DNA from: Pirellula staleyi DSM 6068
GTDB taxonomy: Bacteria > Planctomycetota > Planctomycetia > Pirellulales > Pirellulaceae
Length of the DNA stretch: 32,000 nt
Direction: 5' to 3'
Assembly: GCA_000025185.1 (NCBI GenBank)
Contig: CP001848.1
Location: 1,620,001-1,652,000 of the forward strand
This document shows, one piece after another, positions 6,638-17,337 of the stretch. Position 1 is the stretch's first letter. Every line of letters starts with the position of its first letter. The notes under the pieces were generated by a model that did not search any database, was not told where the DNA came from, and saw only the letters and a list, made by a program, of their open reading frames with translations. The position numbers were made by a program, and so were the translations under genes.

Positions 6638-9600
6638 ATGCTCAAAGCCCTTGAACTCCACGGCTTCAAGAGTTTTGCCGATAAGACTCGGTTTGAGTTC
6701 CCCGCTGGAATCACCGTGATCGTGGGCCCGAACGGATCGGGCAAATCGAACATTGTCGACGGCATCAAATGGGTGCTCGGCGAACAATCGGCCAAAAGTC
6801 TACGTGGCAAAGACATGGCCGACGTCATCTTCAAGGGGAGTGGCAGCGGACGCAAAGCGGCCCAAGCGGCCGAGGCGACCCTCGTCTTCGATAACAGCGA
6901 AGGCCGACTGCCGATCGATGCTCCCGAAGTGCACATCACCCGACGCGTGTTTCGTAGCGGCGAAGGGGAGTATCTGATCAATCGTCAGCCCGCCCGGCTG
7001 AAAGATATTCGCGACATGGTGCGCGGCACCGGTGTGGGTGTCGACGCCTACAGCATGATCGAGCAAGGGAAGGTCGATCGTCTGCTGCAAGCCTCGGCCA
7101 AAGATCGCCGAGCGATTTTCGAAGAGGCCGCCGGCATCAGCCGCTTCAAGGCCAAGAAGATCGAAGCGCAGCGCCGCCTCGAACGGGTCGATCAAAATCT
7201 GCTCCGCCTGAGCGATATTGTCGAGGAAGTCGACGCGCGGCTGAAGACGGTTCGTAACCAGGCTGCCAAAGCCCGCCGCTATCGCGAGTACAGCACCCGG
7301 CTACAGCAGCTCCGAACCCAAACCGCGCAGGTCGACTGGCGTAAGCTGGCCGAGCAGCTTGAGGCGATCACCGCCAAAGTCGCCACCTTCACGAGCGAAA
7401 AAGAAGAGCTCGTCGTGCGGGTGCAAGAGCTCGAGCAGATTGTGGCTGGTTCGGCGAGCCAATCGCAGAATGCCGCAACAGCGCTGCGCACCGCGGAAGC
7501 CAAGCAGGCATCGCTTCGCGAGCAAATTGCCCAGCAAGAATCGGCGGCCGATTTCCATCGCCAAACGAGCAAACAGCAGGCCGAAGCAGCGCGCGAGCAG
7601 CAGCAGCAGCTCGTGACGATGACCGACCGGTTCACGGAGATTTCTGCGCGGCTGAAAGAGACGCACGAGCAGCTTGCCGCTGCCACCGTCGAGCAGTCGA
7701 GCGTCGAAGCGCAGCTCGCAGCGGCCGAGGCGACAGCCGCCGCGCTCACCACCGAATATCAAACGCTCCGCTCGTCGCTGCAAGAGAAACGGGACGCGCA
7801 TCTCGCTGCTTCGCGACTTGCCGCTCAGCTCGCCGCGCATCTCGAATCGCGTCAGAAACAGCTCGAAGTGCTCGAGCAAACGACGCGCGATTCACTCGGA
7901 CAGCAAGAGCAGCTCGCCAGCGCCTTGGCCACCCTGGCGACCGACAAACAACAGACTCAGCAGGCGATCATCGAGCGAACCGCCGCCGTGCAGTCGAGTG
8001 AAGCGAGCCTTGCTGAGGCCCGCGCAAACTTGGCCCAGGTGCGCGACCAGCAAACGACCCATTCGCAGGAACTGGCCAAGGTTCGACAGCGCTCGATGGA
8101 GCTGTCGCAGCGGGTCGCCTTGCTCGAAGAGCTCGAGCGAAATCTCGAAGGGGTTGGGGCCGGGGTGAAGGCGCTACTCGCCGAGGCACGTTTTGCCACG
8201 GAAGGTCCTCTGACGAAAATTCGGGGGGTGGTGGCCGACGTGATTCAGTCGGCTGTCGAGCATGCTGCTGCGATCGATTTGGCGCTCGGCGATGCGGCTC
8301 AGCTCGGCGTGGTTGAAGGGGAAATCACCGACGTGCAGGAGGTGCTCGAAGCAGCCGCCACACCGTCGTCGCGACTCACCATGATTGCCACCGGCGCTCA
8401 TCGCCGGGACGAGCTTCCGTCGGCCCCCGCCACAGTTTCTCGCGATGGAGCCGTGATTGGCCGCGCCGATAAGCTGGTGCAGTTCGATCCGCGCTATGCT
8501 CCGCTGGTCCGTCGACTGCTAGGGACTACTTGGGTCGTGCGCACCCTCTCCGATGCGCTCGGTCTGCATCGTTCGTCGGGCAGCACCGTCAGGCTCGTCA
8601 CGCTCACCGGCGAAGTGATCGAGCCCAACGGCAGCATCGCCACCGGCCCGCGCAGCGCGTCGCTCAATCTGGTTTCGCGAAAGAGTCAGCTGCGCGAACT
8701 TAAGACGGAACTCGCCGCAGCCGAGAACGATCTGGCCTCGGCAGAACTAGCGCAGCAGCAACTTGCCGACGCCATCATCGCGGCGACCGACACCCTCTCG
8801 AGCGCCGAGAAACTCGCCCGCAGCTGCCGTGAAGAACAGCGTGCTGAAACCAGTAAGCTCGAACGTCTGGAGCAGCGCGAAACATCCCTCAGCGAGCAAC
8901 TGACGAAGCTCGATTTGGCGATTCAGCGGGCGCGTGAAGAACAAGATAAAACCGGAATCGAAGTCTCTGCGATTGAAACGCGGCTGGCGATTTCGCAACA
9001 AGAATCGCAACGTTTAGACGGGGTGATTGCCGCTGAAGAGCAAGCCCGCGAAGCACTCGAATCGCGCCGCGAAGAAGCGACCCGCCGTGGCGCTTCGCAT
9101 CGCGTGACACTCGCCCGCTGCGAACAAAAATGCGAAAGTCTTCGCGCTCGTCAGACGCAGCTGGAAGATGATTTTCGCGAGCGGTCGCAGGCAATCGAAG
9201 CGGTCCGTTTGCAGCTGGCATCGGCCGTCGCGCGAGCGCAAGCAGCCGATTTGGCCTGGCTCGCCACTGGTCAGCAACTCGCCCATTTGTACCTAGCCAA
9301 GCAGGAAACAGCGGCCGAGCTCCGGACGTTCGAAGCTCGCCATCAAGCGATCGAACGGGAGCGCTCGACAGCTAGTGGTGAACTCCAAAAACTCCTGCGC
9401 CGCCTCCGCACGATCGACGAGCAGTTGACGGAAGAGCAGCTGGCGACGGGACAGATTCAGCAGCGTCAAGAATCGCTCGCGTCGCGACTGCGCGAGGATT
9501 ACGGAATCGAGATCGCCGAGCTGTGCGCATCGTCGACCGCCGAAGAGCTCGAACAGCGGACCGCTATTGAAGAAGAGATCGAATCGCTCCGCCGCAAGAT

Positions 9601-10285
9601 CAACCAGATCGGCGCCGTGAATCTCGACGCGCTCGAAGAGCTCGACGAACTCGAATCGCGCTACACCCATCTCAGCACGCAGTACAAAGATCTGACCGAG
9701 GCCAAGCAAGCGCTCGAGCGCGTCATCCATAAGATGAATGCCGACAGCCGCCGCCTCTTCATCGAAACGCTCGAAGCGATTCGGGTGAATTTCCAGGCCC
9801 TGTATCGCAAAGCATTCGGTGGCGGTAAGGCCGACATTGTGCTCGAAGAAGGGGTCGATGTGCTCGAGTGTGGTGTCGAAATCATCGCCACGCCGCCGGG
9901 CAAACCGTCGTTCAACAACTCGCTCCTCTCGGGTGGTGAAAAAGCGCTCACAGCGGTCGCTCTCTTGCTGGCGATCTTTCAGTTTCGCCCCAGTCCGTTC
10001 TGCGTCCTCGACGAAGTGGATGCTCCCTTCGACGAAGCGAACATCGGCCGCTTTGTCGATGTGCTCAAAGAGTTTTTAGGCTGGACGAAGTTTGTGATCG
10101 TCACGCATAGCAAGAAGACCATGACCGCAGCGACCACGCTCTACGGTGTGACGATGCAGGAATCGGGCGTTTCGAAACGGGTCTCGGTCCGTTTCGACGA
10201 CGTGACGGAAGATGGTCATATTCGCGAACGGGCTCATGAAATGTCCGAAGAAGCGAGCGACGAATCGTCGCGCGGCGTCGCTTAA
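6638..10285 (+). CDS. smc: Chromosome segregation/condensation protein SMC
   Basis: 1215 aa. The N-terminal head reads [31 protein letters not shown]...[13 protein letters not shown] long Q/A/E/L/R-rich coiled coil carries a central hinge (GV.G.VAD.I......A...ALG). The C-terminal head has the signature [38 protein letters not shown]. Confidence 0.95.
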   Translation: MLKALELHGFKSFADKTRFEFPAGITVIVGPNGSGKSNIVDGIKWVLGEQSAKSLRGKDMADVIFKGSGSGRKAAQAAEATLVFDNSEGRLPIDAPEVHITRRVFRSGEGEYLINRQPARLKDIRDMVRGTGVGVDAYSMIEQGKVDRLLQASAKDRRAIFEEAAGISRFKAKKIEAQRRLERVDQNLLRLSDIVEEVDARLKTVRNQAAKARRYREYSTRLQQLRTQTAQVDWRKLAEQLEAITAKVATFTSEKEELVVRVQELEQIVAGSASQSQNAATALRTAEAKQASLREQIAQQESAADFHRQTSKQQAEAAREQQQQLVTMTDRFTEISARLKETHEQLAAATVEQSSVEAQLAAAEATAAALTTEYQTLRSSLQEKRDAHLAASRLAAQLAAHLESRQKQLEVLEQTTRDSLGQQEQLASALATLATDKQQTQQAIIERTAAVQSSEASLAEARANLAQVRDQQTTHSQELAKVRQRSMELSQRVALLEELERNLEGVGAGVKALLAEARFATEGPLTKIRGVVADVIQSAVEHAAAIDLALGDAAQLGVVEGEITDVQEVLEAAATPSSRLTMIATGAHRRDELPSAPATVSRDGAVIGRADKLVQFDPRYAPLVRRLLGTTWVVRTLSDALGLHRSSGSTVRLVTLTGEVIEPNGSIATGPRSASLNLVSRKSQLRELKTELAAAENDLASAELAQQQLADAIIAATDTLSSAEKLARSCREEQRAETSKLERLEQRETSLSEQLTKLDLAIQRAREEQDKTGIEVSAIETRLAISQQESQRLDGVIAAEEQAREALESRREEATRRGASHRVTLARCEQKCESLRARQTQLEDDFRERSQAIEAVRLQLASAVARAQAADLAWLATGQQLAHLYLAKQETAAELRTFEARHQAIERERSTASGELQKLLRRLRTIDEQLTEEQLATGQIQQRQESLASRLREDYGIEIAELCASSTAEELEQRTAIEEEIESLRRKINQIGAVNLDALEELDELESRYTHLSTQYKDLTEAKQALERVIHKMNADSRRLFIETLEAIRVNFQALYRKAFGGGKADIVLEEGVDVLECGVEIIATPPGKPSFNNSLLSGGEKALTAVALLLAIFQFRPSPFCVLDEVDAPFDEANIGRFVDVLKEFLGWTKFVIVTHSKKTMTAATTLYGVTMQESGVSKRVSVRFDDVTEDGHIRERAHEMSEEASDESSRGVA

Positions 10286-10318
10286 CGGTGCGTATTTCTC
10301 GAGGAATATGCATCACGC

Positions 10319-12238
10319 ATGGCCAAGTCTTTGCTTCCCCTTCGACCTCAAGATCATTTTGGTCAGCTCGCGCGATTGCTCGCGCTGGAAGCGGCTGCTG
10401 AGGAGGAGCGCGCTCGCAAGTCGATCGAAAATAGTGCGGCTGCCGATCAGGCCATCGCCTCGGGACACGCGATCAACGACCTGGTGATCGCCGACGAATT
10501 CCCGGGACTAGCTGGGCGGACGATCCTCGCGCTTCGCAAACGAACGATGCAGATGCCCTTGCCGCCGCACCGGTTGCAGGTCGGTTCGCCGGTGATTCTG
10601 CTCGATGAGAAACAGCCTCAGGTGCGCGGCGCACGGGGTGTTGTCTCGCGCCGCTCGGCGGAGCAGCTCGAGATTGCGGTGAACGAGCCTCCGGAGTTTG
10701 AAAGCGATGCGCCGAAGCTTCGGCTGCAGCTTTTTTCGGACGAAGTCTCGCGCAATCGACAGTTGCAGGCGATGCGGACCGCCACGACGGTCGAGAGTGG
10801 TCGGATCAAACAGCTACGCGACAGTTTGCTCGGCGAAACGGCTCCCAAGTTTCGCGAGGTCAAAAATTTTGTCGCCGACGCTGCGCTCGATCCCTCACAG
10901 CAAGAGGGAGTGAAACTGGCGCTTTCAGCCGAGGATTTCGCCTGCATTCATGGTCCTCCCGGGACCGGCAAGACCACCACACTGGTGGCGGTGATTCGTC
11001 AGCTTGTTGCGCGGGGCGCGAAAGTGCTTGCCACCGCGCCGAGCAATCTGGCGGTCGATCATCTCCTCGAGAAGCTGCACCTCGCCGGGGTCCGCGTGCT
11101 GCGGCTGGGGCATCCTGCGCGGGTGCAAGAGTCGCTCCATCATCTGGTTCTGGATGAGCAGGTGGAGAACCATCCTGATGTCGCAGTCGCTCGAAAACTG
11201 GTGCGCGACGCGCTCCGCTTAAAGGATCGCGCGGCAAAATTCACCCGCGCTAAACCCCCTCCCGGCTACAAACAAGAGCTTCGCGCCGAAGCGCGCGAAC
11301 TCTTCAGCGATGCGCGGCGGATCGAAGCGGGAGTGGTCCGCTACCTGCTCGATTCGGCCGATGTGGTCCTCGCTACCTTGACTGGTATCGATGCCACTGT
11401 GCTCGAGGATCGACGCTTTGATGTCGCGGTGATCGATGAGGCGGCCCAGGCAACCGAGCCTGCTTGCTGGCCCGCGCTGCTGCGCGCCGATCGCGTGATC
11501 CTTGCCGGCGATCCGTTCCAGCTCCCGCCGACGATCATCTCGCCGGAAGCTGCGCGCGGCGGACTGGCGCGGAGTCTCATGGAGCGATTGCTCGAAACTT
11601 CCACCACCACGATCTCGCATCGTTTGGCGGTACAGTATCGGATGCATCAGTCGATCATGGCCTTCTCGTCGGCCGAGTTTTACGAGCAGGGTCTCACCGC
11701 CGACCCGAGCGTGGCGTCGCATCTACTCTCGGATCTTTCCGAAGTGACACCGACCGATCGCACTTCGACCGCGCTGGAGTTTATCGATACGGCAGGCGCG
11801 GGATATGACGAACGCGCGGGAAGCTCGCAGGAGAGCCGCGAAAATCCGCAGGAAGCAGAACTGGTGGTGAAGCTAGCGCTGGCGCTTCGCGATGCGGGTG
11901 TCGCTGCCGAAGCGATCGCGATCATCAGCCCTTATGCCGCGCAGGTGCGGCTGCTCCGCCGACTGCTCGATGGGACTCTGATCGATGTCGACACGATCGA
12001 TGGCTTTCAAGGGCGCGAATCCGAAGCGGTGATCATCTCGCTAGTCCGCAGCAACGCCACTGGCGAAATCGGCTTTCTTGCAGACGTACGCCGGATGAAT
12101 GTGGCGATCACTCGCGCACGTCGCAAACTGATCATCATCGGCGACAGCGCGACCATCGGCGGGCACGATTTCTACGCCCGCATGCTCAGCTGGGTCGAGC
12201 GCGAAGGGATCTACCGCACGGTGTGGGAAGAGCTGTAA
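10319..12238 (+). CDS. Superfamily 1 helicase of the Upf1/IGHMBP2 (AAA_11/AAA_12) type
   Basis: 639 aa. Motif I is IHGPPGTGKTTTLV, Ia is ATAPSNLAVD.L, II is VIDEAAQA.E, III is ILAGDP.QLPPT, IV is L..QYRMH..I, V is T.DGFQGRE.E.VI.SLVRSN, and VI is GFL.D.RR.NVA.TRARRKL..IGD. Confidence 0.9.
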   Translation: MAKSLLPLRPQDHFGQLARLLALEAAAEEERARKSIENSAAADQAIASGHAINDLVIADEFPGLAGRTILALRKRTMQMPLPPHRLQVGSPVILLDEKQPQVRGARGVVSRRSAEQLEIAVNEPPEFESDAPKLRLQLFSDEVSRNRQLQAMRTATTVESGRIKQLRDSLLGETAPKFREVKNFVADAALDPSQQEGVKLALSAEDFACIHGPPGTGKTTTLVAVIRQLVARGAKVLATAPSNLAVDHLLEKLHLAGVRVLRLGHPARVQESLHHLVLDEQVENHPDVAVARKLVRDALRLKDRAAKFTRAKPPPGYKQELRAEARELFSDARRIEAGVVRYLLDSADVVLATLTGIDATVLEDRRFDVAVIDEAAQATEPACWPALLRADRVILAGDPFQLPPTIISPEAARGGLARSLMERLLETSTTTISHRLAVQYRMHQSIMAFSSAEFYEQGLTADPSVASHLLSDLSEVTPTDRTSTALEFIDTAGAGYDERAGSSQESRENPQEAELVVKLALALRDAGVAAEAIAIISPYAAQVRLLRRLLDGTLIDVDTIDGFQGRESEAVIISLVRSNATGEIGFLADVRRMNVAITRARRKLIIIGDSATIGGHDFYARMLSWVEREGIYRTVWEEL

Positions 12239-12271
12239 CGAGCCGCCCCACCGCGAAAAAAATTCGAGGCA

Positions 12272-14746
12272 CTACGACAGTTCCAGCATCTGCTGCTTTG
12301 GCTGAAGGGTAGAAATCGGAGTATTGGCGAGCTCGCCGAGCAACCTGCCGGCAGCTGCCATGCCACTCAGCAGCGCACCTTCGACACGTGGCCCGCCGCA
12401 CCAATCGCCGCACAGAATCGCCTGGCTTGCGAGGTCGACCAGACACCGCTCGGTGGTCGGCTGGGGTGGGATTGCAAATCGCCAGCGATGAGCGGCTGTG
12501 TAGCAGGTTTCTTGCGGCCGAATGCCACTCAGTTCATAGAAATTCTTCAGTAAGTCGGGAAGAACTTCTTCAGCACTCTTTTCGAGATGTTCCAGACTAT
12601 ACTCGCTACTGGCATGCGCCACCCAGCAGTCGGGCGCTGCTTTGCGGGAAGGTTTACTCGAACTCCGCGCAATCCATGTGAGCGCTCCCTGATTGATGAA
12701 CGCACCGTCGTAGTCGATCTCGACCGGTCGATCAAAAGCAACCAGCAGCGCCCAGCAAGGTGTCATGGTGATCTTGGCTGCAGCAGCAGCGAGTGAAGGG
12801 GCACCGGAGGCGAAGATTTTCGCCGCTTGACCTGCGGGTGAGGAGCCGATGATCCAGTCGAAAGGTCCTTGAGTAGGATGCTCGGCAAAATCGAGCCACC
12901 AGGCTTCCCCATCGCGCCGCGCGGCGGTGATGGTGTGTTCGAGATGGGTCGTCAGTCCTGTCGCTAGATGCTTGCAGAACGAGTTCATCGTCGGCTGACC
13001 GACATAGCGCGCGATGCTCTTAGAAACATCGGTTTGCACATTCCCTTCGCGGGCGACGATGCGCCCTGTCCATGGCGCGATGATCCCCTGCTCGGCCCAC
13101 GACTCGGCGAGCCGCTGCACGCGCTCGTCGCGAGCAGTGAAGTACTGTGCTCCATGGTCGAACGCGAGTCCCTCGCTGGTGCGTCGCGTCGCAACGCGTC
13201 CACCAAGCCCCCGCGATTTCTCGAAGATTTCGGCCGAAATTCCATGATCGGCGAGCGTTCTTGCGGCCATCAGACCCGCCGGACCAGCGCCGATGATCGC
13301 CACGCGCGGCGTGCGTGCAAAGATCGGGCGGCCCACCAGTTTGGCGTAGGCCGAGAGGTCGAGACGCGCGGCATGTTCGGCTGTCGATCGACTTCGAATC
13401 GTCCCCCGGATCGGCTCCTCCGGATGAAATGGGCGATCGAACAGTCCGAAGCACCAGAGCAGACCGCCGTACGAGGCCGGATCGCGACCATCGAGCGCGT
13501 AGCGATGATTCAAATCGATGGCCATCGCCAGGGCATCGTGCGGCGACGCTGTCCAGTCGAGCAGTCGCTTTCCCCAGGTCATCCGAAGGTTGTTGTGAAG
13601 TTCGCCATGCCGCAGCAGCGACTGCTGCGTGAGGTTCCACAGCTCATCGTCGGTTTGTCCTCGCGCGAGTTGCTCCCAGCTATAGATGTTCGGGCGACGG
13701 TCTCCTGCATGCTGCGCAAGTGTTTCCTGCGCCCAGCGAGGAAGGGTCGAAAGCCGATCGATAGCGCGGTGGAAGTAGCAGTAGTTGTAGGCCAGTTCGC
13801 GCCACACCAAGAGTTCATCGAGATACTTCTCGGCACCAGCGCCACCTTGAGCAGATGCTTCGCGCGCGATGCGCAGGGGCGAGACCATACCGTAGTGCAA
13901 ATAGGCCGACATGCGACTGGTGGTGGGATGGAGCGGATCGTTGCGGCGCGCGGCGTAGTTGCGAAGCCCCGTTTGACGAAACTGGTTCCAGCGCTCGTAG
14001 CCTGCCACCGATCCGCCACGTGTTTCGGCAGCAGCCGCCAGTGTGTGGTCGATTTCACAAGCCGCTATTATTTCGGCGATGTTTTGCGGGGAAATCGGGG
14101 TCGGCTCGATGTCCGCAAGCTCAGGCGTGGGGCGACTAGTCAGCTGCTCTTCGTCCCAAGGAAGCGTCAGATTTTTGTCGTAGTAATCCCCTGCTGCATC
14201 GCGAAACGCAAAGGCGCGGTCGTAGCTTTGCGGCATGCGCGGCATCGGCCAAACGCAGGCGGTGTCGACTGTGTAAACCGGTCCGGTCGTGTGACGACTC
14301 GCCAGCGACGTCCAGCGGCGCAGCGGATCAACGGGCATCTCTTCGGTGATCACCACAGCCGCTTGCGCGGCAAGTTTTTGCAGATATGGCTCACGATGCT
14401 CTCCACGCTCGATATGCGGGAGGTAATGGATTCCTCGCTCGCGCATCTCACTCGCCAGATTGATCATCCCCTCGATCACAAACCGATGCTGCCGGTCGCT
14501 CGCATACGGATATTTTTCCGAGAGACCCTGGTACACCACCAGCGGCAAGGCGAGCTGGTTGGCAAACTCGATCGCCAAATCGAGCGCGGGATTTTCGTGC
14601 GCTCGCATCGCGGTCCGCAGCCAGTACAAAACAAGCTTGCCGCTGCTGGCAATCGGTCGGTCGGTAACTACTCGCACGCGCTCGAGGAGTCGCGAACTGA
14701 CAGTGATCGGAAGCTCGGGGAGTGGCAAACGGGAGAGGCGTTTCAT
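12272..14746 (-). CDS. Fusion protein: class II CPD photolyase domain (N-terminal, about 480 aa) plus an FAD/NAD(P)-binding amine-oxidase/renalase-like oxidoreductase domain (C-terminal, about 330 aa)
   Basis: Track ORF 12272..15298. I place the start at ATG 14746 (MKRLSRL..), giving 824 aa, because the upstream 184 codons overlap the divergent gene and carry no homology. Class II photolyase blocks seen are LVLYW.R...R...N.AL, RND.....TS..SAYLH.G..S, YLDEL.VWREL..N.CY, DELWN..Q..L...G..HN.LRM.WGK..L.W..SP..AL...I.LN..Y.LDGRDP..Y.G. The domain after that starts with the dinucleotide fold RVAIIGAGPAGLMAARTL...G......FEKSRG.GGR, followed by FDHGAQYFT. Confidence 0.85.
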   Translation of the reverse strand: MKRLSRLPLPELPITVSSRLLERVRVVTDRPIASSGKLVLYWLRTAMRAHENPALDLAIEFANQLALPLVVYQGLSEKYPYASDRQHRFVIEGMINLASEMRERGIHYLPHIERGEHREPYLQKLAAQAAVVITEEMPVDPLRRWTSLASRHTTGPVYTVDTACVWPMPRMPQSYDRAFAFRDAAGDYYDKNLTLPWDEEQLTSRPTPELADIEPTPISPQNIAEIIAACEIDHTLAAAAETRGGSVAGYERWNQFRQTGLRNYAARRNDPLHPTTSRMSAYLHYGMVSPLRIAREASAQGGAGAEKYLDELLVWRELAYNYCYFHRAIDRLSTLPRWAQETLAQHAGDRRPNIYSWEQLARGQTDDELWNLTQQSLLRHGELHNNLRMTWGKRLLDWTASPHDALAMAIDLNHRYALDGRDPASYGGLLWCFGLFDRPFHPEEPIRGTIRSRSTAEHAARLDLSAYAKLVGRPIFARTPRVAIIGAGPAGLMAARTLADHGISAEIFEKSRGLGGRVATRRTSEGLAFDHGAQYFTARDERVQRLAESWAEQGIIAPWTGRIVAREGNVQTDVSKSIARYVGQPTMNSFCKHLATGLTTHLEHTITAARRDGEAWWLDFAEHPTQGPFDWIIGSSPAGQAAKIFASGAPSLAAAAAKITMTPCWALLVAFDRPVEIDYDGAFINQGALTWIARSSSKPSRKAAPDCWVAHASSEYSLEHLEKSAEEVLPDLLKNFYELSGIRPQETCYTAAHRWRFAIPPQPTTERCLVDLASQAILCGDWCGGPRVEGALLSGMAAAGRLLGELANTPISTLQPKQQMLELS

Positions 14747-14899
14747 CGAAGCTTGGCCAATCGTCGCAGATGGTGGTGCGTGGATTATTGGGCGAAGGTG
14801 CGGAGTAACACGTCTGCCACTATAGGGGGCCTGATCGATTTGACGACCGATAAAATCAGCCTGTTTTTTCGAACCCCGAGAGTCGACTCGCTGGCGAGG

Positions 14900-14905
14900 T
14901 AGAAT
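14900..14905 (+). promoter_or_regulatory. Candidate -10 box (TAGAAT) positioned for a leaderless or near-leaderless transcript of the 8-TM protein gene
   Basis: TAGAAT ends 6 nt before ATG 14912. No convincing -35 hexamer lies at 16-18 bp spacing. This is sequence-pattern evidence only. Confidence 0.25.
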
Positions 14906-14911
14906 GTACGT

Positions 14912-15889
14912 ATGACGACCCCAAAGCCTTCGATTCCTGTGAAACTGGCACCAAACACGCCCCTGACAGCGGCGTGGAGCGATCTGCTCGACACCCTCAC
15001 TCGGTGGGGAGATGTCGGGGGCTCGCTGCTGGTGGGTGGCTGGGTGCTGTTTCTCAGCGGGCTGTTTCACACGGCTGTTTGGGGTGTTTTGGGGGGACCT
15101 TGGGAAGGTCCACTCGCCTGGCGCAAGCCGATTCTGTTTGGCCTCTCGACCGGCGTCACGCTGTGGTCGCTCGCCTGGGTGCTGGGGAAGCTTCGACCTG
15201 TGCGTGGCGATCGATGGGTCGCATGGGTCACGAGCTTGGCGCTGGTTGTCGAGGTGGCGCTCATCACCCTGCAGACGTGGCGCGGAGTCGCCTCGCATTT
15301 CAATCGCGCCACGTTCTTCGATGCCTCCCTGGGAGAACTCGCCCAGTGGCTGGTCTGGCTCGCCAGCATCGCCATCCTCTACGTAACGTTTCGCGCGCTA
15401 TTTTACCTGCCGCTCGAGCCAGCCATGCGACTCGCAACTCAAGCGGGGCTCCTTTTACTGGTGGTCGGCTGTGGACTTGGTGTCTGGACAGCGATGCGCG
15501 GAGAACAGCAGCTCGAGGCGCAGCTCACGCCCGAAATACTTCCCCCGCACGGGGTGATCAAATTTCCGCATGGCATGGCGATGCATGCCATTCAGCTGCT
15601 GCCACTACTGGCATGGCTGGCGCATTACCGGCAGCTATCCAGCCGTCGCGCCATGCGAGTGGTGCTGCTCGCCACCGCAGCATCGTGTACGGCACTGCTG
15701 TATAGCTTGCTACAAACCCTGGCCGGACGTCCCCGCATCGATGGATCGCTCCCCCTGTTTCTCGTGCTGCTGGCCAGCTTGTTCCTCTTTTTTCTCGCGA
15801 CGATCGAGCTTATCCGCTCGGAGAGCAGTCCCGATCAGCACGCAGCTGGCGACCACGAACTGCCGCCGAAAGAGCACGCTGCCTTGTGA
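14912..15889 (+). CDS. Integral membrane protein, about 8 predicted TM helices, family not recognised
   Basis: 325 aa with successive hydrophobic stretches ([118 protein letters not shown]). It is divergent from the photolyase-fusion gene across a 165-bp intergenic region. Confidence 0.75.
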   Translation: MTTPKPSIPVKLAPNTPLTAAWSDLLDTLTRWGDVGGSLLVGGWVLFLSGLFHTAVWGVLGGPWEGPLAWRKPILFGLSTGVTLWSLAWVLGKLRPVRGDRWVAWVTSLALVVEVALITLQTWRGVASHFNRATFFDASLGELAQWLVWLASIAILYVTFRALFYLPLEPAMRLATQAGLLLLVVGCGLGVWTAMRGEQQLEAQLTPEILPPHGVIKFPHGMAMHAIQLLPLLAWLAHYRQLSSRRAMRVVLLATAASCTALLYSLLQTLAGRPRIDGSLPLFLVLLASLFLFFLATIELIRSESSPDQHAAGDHELPPKEHAAL

Positions 15890-15918
15890 GCACCCAGCGG
15901 GGCGGGTACAACGCCAGG

Positions 15919-16713
15919 ATGGAAGCGTATCACCAATTAATGCAGCGAATTCTCGACCACGGCGCTCGCAAAACCGATCGCACCGGCACCGGCACACTCA
16001 GCGTGTTTGGGCACCAGATGCGGTTCGATCTGTCGCAAGGTTTTCCTGCTGTTACGACCAAAAAACTGCACCTCCGCTCGATCATCCACGAGCTCCTCTG
16101 GTTCATTCGTGGCGAAACGAACACCGCTTATCTCAAAGAGAACAAGGTTTCGATTTGGGATGAATGGGCCGATAGCGAAGGGAATTTGGGACCGGTCTAT
16201 GGACGCCAGTGGCGCAGCTGGCCAACTCCCGACGGACGCCAGATCGATCAGCTGGCCGAAGTGATTGCCCGTATCAAGCGCGACCCCGACAGCCGACGAT
16301 TGATCGTCAGCGCGTGGAACGTCGGTGAGCTCGAGCAGATGGCACTCCCCCCCTGCCACTTACTGTTCCAGTTCTACGTGGCCGATGGGAAGCTCAGCTG
16401 TCAGCTCTATCAGCGTAGCGCCGATGTTTTTCTGGGAGTCCCGTTCAACATCGCCTCCTACGCCCTGCTCACCATGATGGTGGCGCAGGTCACGGGCCTT
16501 GCGCTCGGCGATTTTGTCCATACGCTCGGCGATGCGCATTTGTACTCGAATCATCTCGAGCAAGCTCAGCTGCAGCTGTCGCGTGAACCGCGTCCCCTGC
16601 CGACCATGCAGATCAATCCTGCCGTGACCGAAATCGATGCCTTTACGTTCGACGATTTCAAACTCGTGGGCTACGACCCGCATCCTCACATCGCAGCGCC
16701 GGTCGCTGTCTAG
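15919..16713 (+). CDS. thyA: Thymidylate synthase (ThyA)
   Basis: From ATG 15919 the product is 264 aa and collinear with E. coli ThyA: Y..LM..IL..G....[136 protein letters not shown]. The track start at GTG 15886 adds 11 non-homologous residues. Confidence 0.95.
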   Translation: MEAYHQLMQRILDHGARKTDRTGTGTLSVFGHQMRFDLSQGFPAVTTKKLHLRSIIHELLWFIRGETNTAYLKENKVSIWDEWADSEGNLGPVYGRQWRSWPTPDGRQIDQLAEVIARIKRDPDSRRLIVSAWNVGELEQMALPPCHLLFQFYVADGKLSCQLYQRSADVFLGVPFNIASYALLTMMVAQVTGLALGDFVHTLGDAHLYSNHLEQAQLQLSREPRPLPTMQINPAVTEIDAFTFDDFKLVGYDPHPHIAAPVAV

Positions 16714-16821
16714 TGGATGTCGCTTCTCGCCTTGCGGAACCGGATGCAACAACCGCCTGGAAAAAGTGATTCGCTCGCTCGAGCCCACCCTCGATGCATT
16801 AACCGACAAGGATGATCGCGC

Positions 16822-17337
16822 GTGAGTCTTCCCGAAACATCAGGCTGCAAACTCTCGCTGATTGTCGCTATGACGCGCGAAGGTCTGATCGGTCGCGATC
16901 GCGATCTCCCCTGGAAAATCTCGGCCGATCTGAAGCGTTTTCGTTCGCTCACGATGGGCCATACGATCATCATGGGACGTACCACCTGGGATTCACTTGG
17001 GCGTGCGCTACCAGGACGAACATCGATTGTCCTCACCCGCAAGGCCGATTTGGTGCTCCCCGAGGGGGTGCTGCGAGCAGGCTCCCTCGACGAAGCGATC
17101 GCGCTTGCTGCCGGCGATAGCGAGCCGTTCATCATCGGTGGTGGCGAGATCTATCGGCAAGCGATGGATCGCGTGCAGCAGCTCTACGTCACCTGGGTCG
17201 AAGCGAATATCGAGGGAGATACCTGGTTTCCTGCGTGGGATCCCAGCAAGTTTCGTCTGCTCGAAGAGACGTCGCATCCGGCCGAAGGGACGACACCAGC
17301 CTTCACTTTCACCCGCTACGAGCGAGCAGCCCCATGA
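16822..17337 (+). CDS. folA: Dihydrofolate reductase (FolA)
   Basis: 171 aa with a GTG start. Blocks seen are LIVAM...G.IG.D..LPW....DLK.F...T.GH.IIMGR.T..S.GR.LPGR..IVL.R and F.IGG.EIY..A. The gene lies directly after thyA. Confidence 0.92.
   Translation: MSLPETSGCKLSLIVAMTREGLIGRDRDLPWKISADLKRFRSLTMGHTIIMGRTTWDSLGRALPGRTSIVLTRKADLVLPEGVLRAGSLDEAIALAAGDSEPFIIGGGEIYRQAMDRVQQLYVTWVEANIEGDTWFPAWDPSKFRLLEETSHPAEGTTPAFTFTRYERAAP

Noticed and set aside
6638-12238. smc plus the adjacent SF1 helicase as an SMC-based defence system (Wadjet/Lamassu-like)
   Set aside because: The SMC is full length with canonical head, hinge and signature motifs of the housekeeping condensin. No kleisin-, JetD- or nuclease-type partners are present, and the helicase is a generic Upf1/IGHMBP2-type enzyme.
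12968-14902. 644-aa plus-strand ORF
   Set aside because: It is entirely antisense to the photolyase-oxidoreductase gene. Its Arg-rich, low-information translation is what an open antisense frame in high-GC DNA is expected to give.
14747-15298. N-terminal 184-codon extension of the 1008-aa track ORF (photolyase fusion)
   Set aside because: The extension is rich in Arg, Pro and Gln and has no homology. It overlaps the divergent 8-TM gene from 14912. Photolyase similarity begins right after the Met at 14746.
15886-15918. GTG 15886 as the thyA start (overlapping the upstream gene as GTGA)
   Set aside because: Alignment with ThyA begins at MEAYHQLM (ATG 15919), which gives the canonical 264 aa. 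The 11 extra residues have no counterpart.
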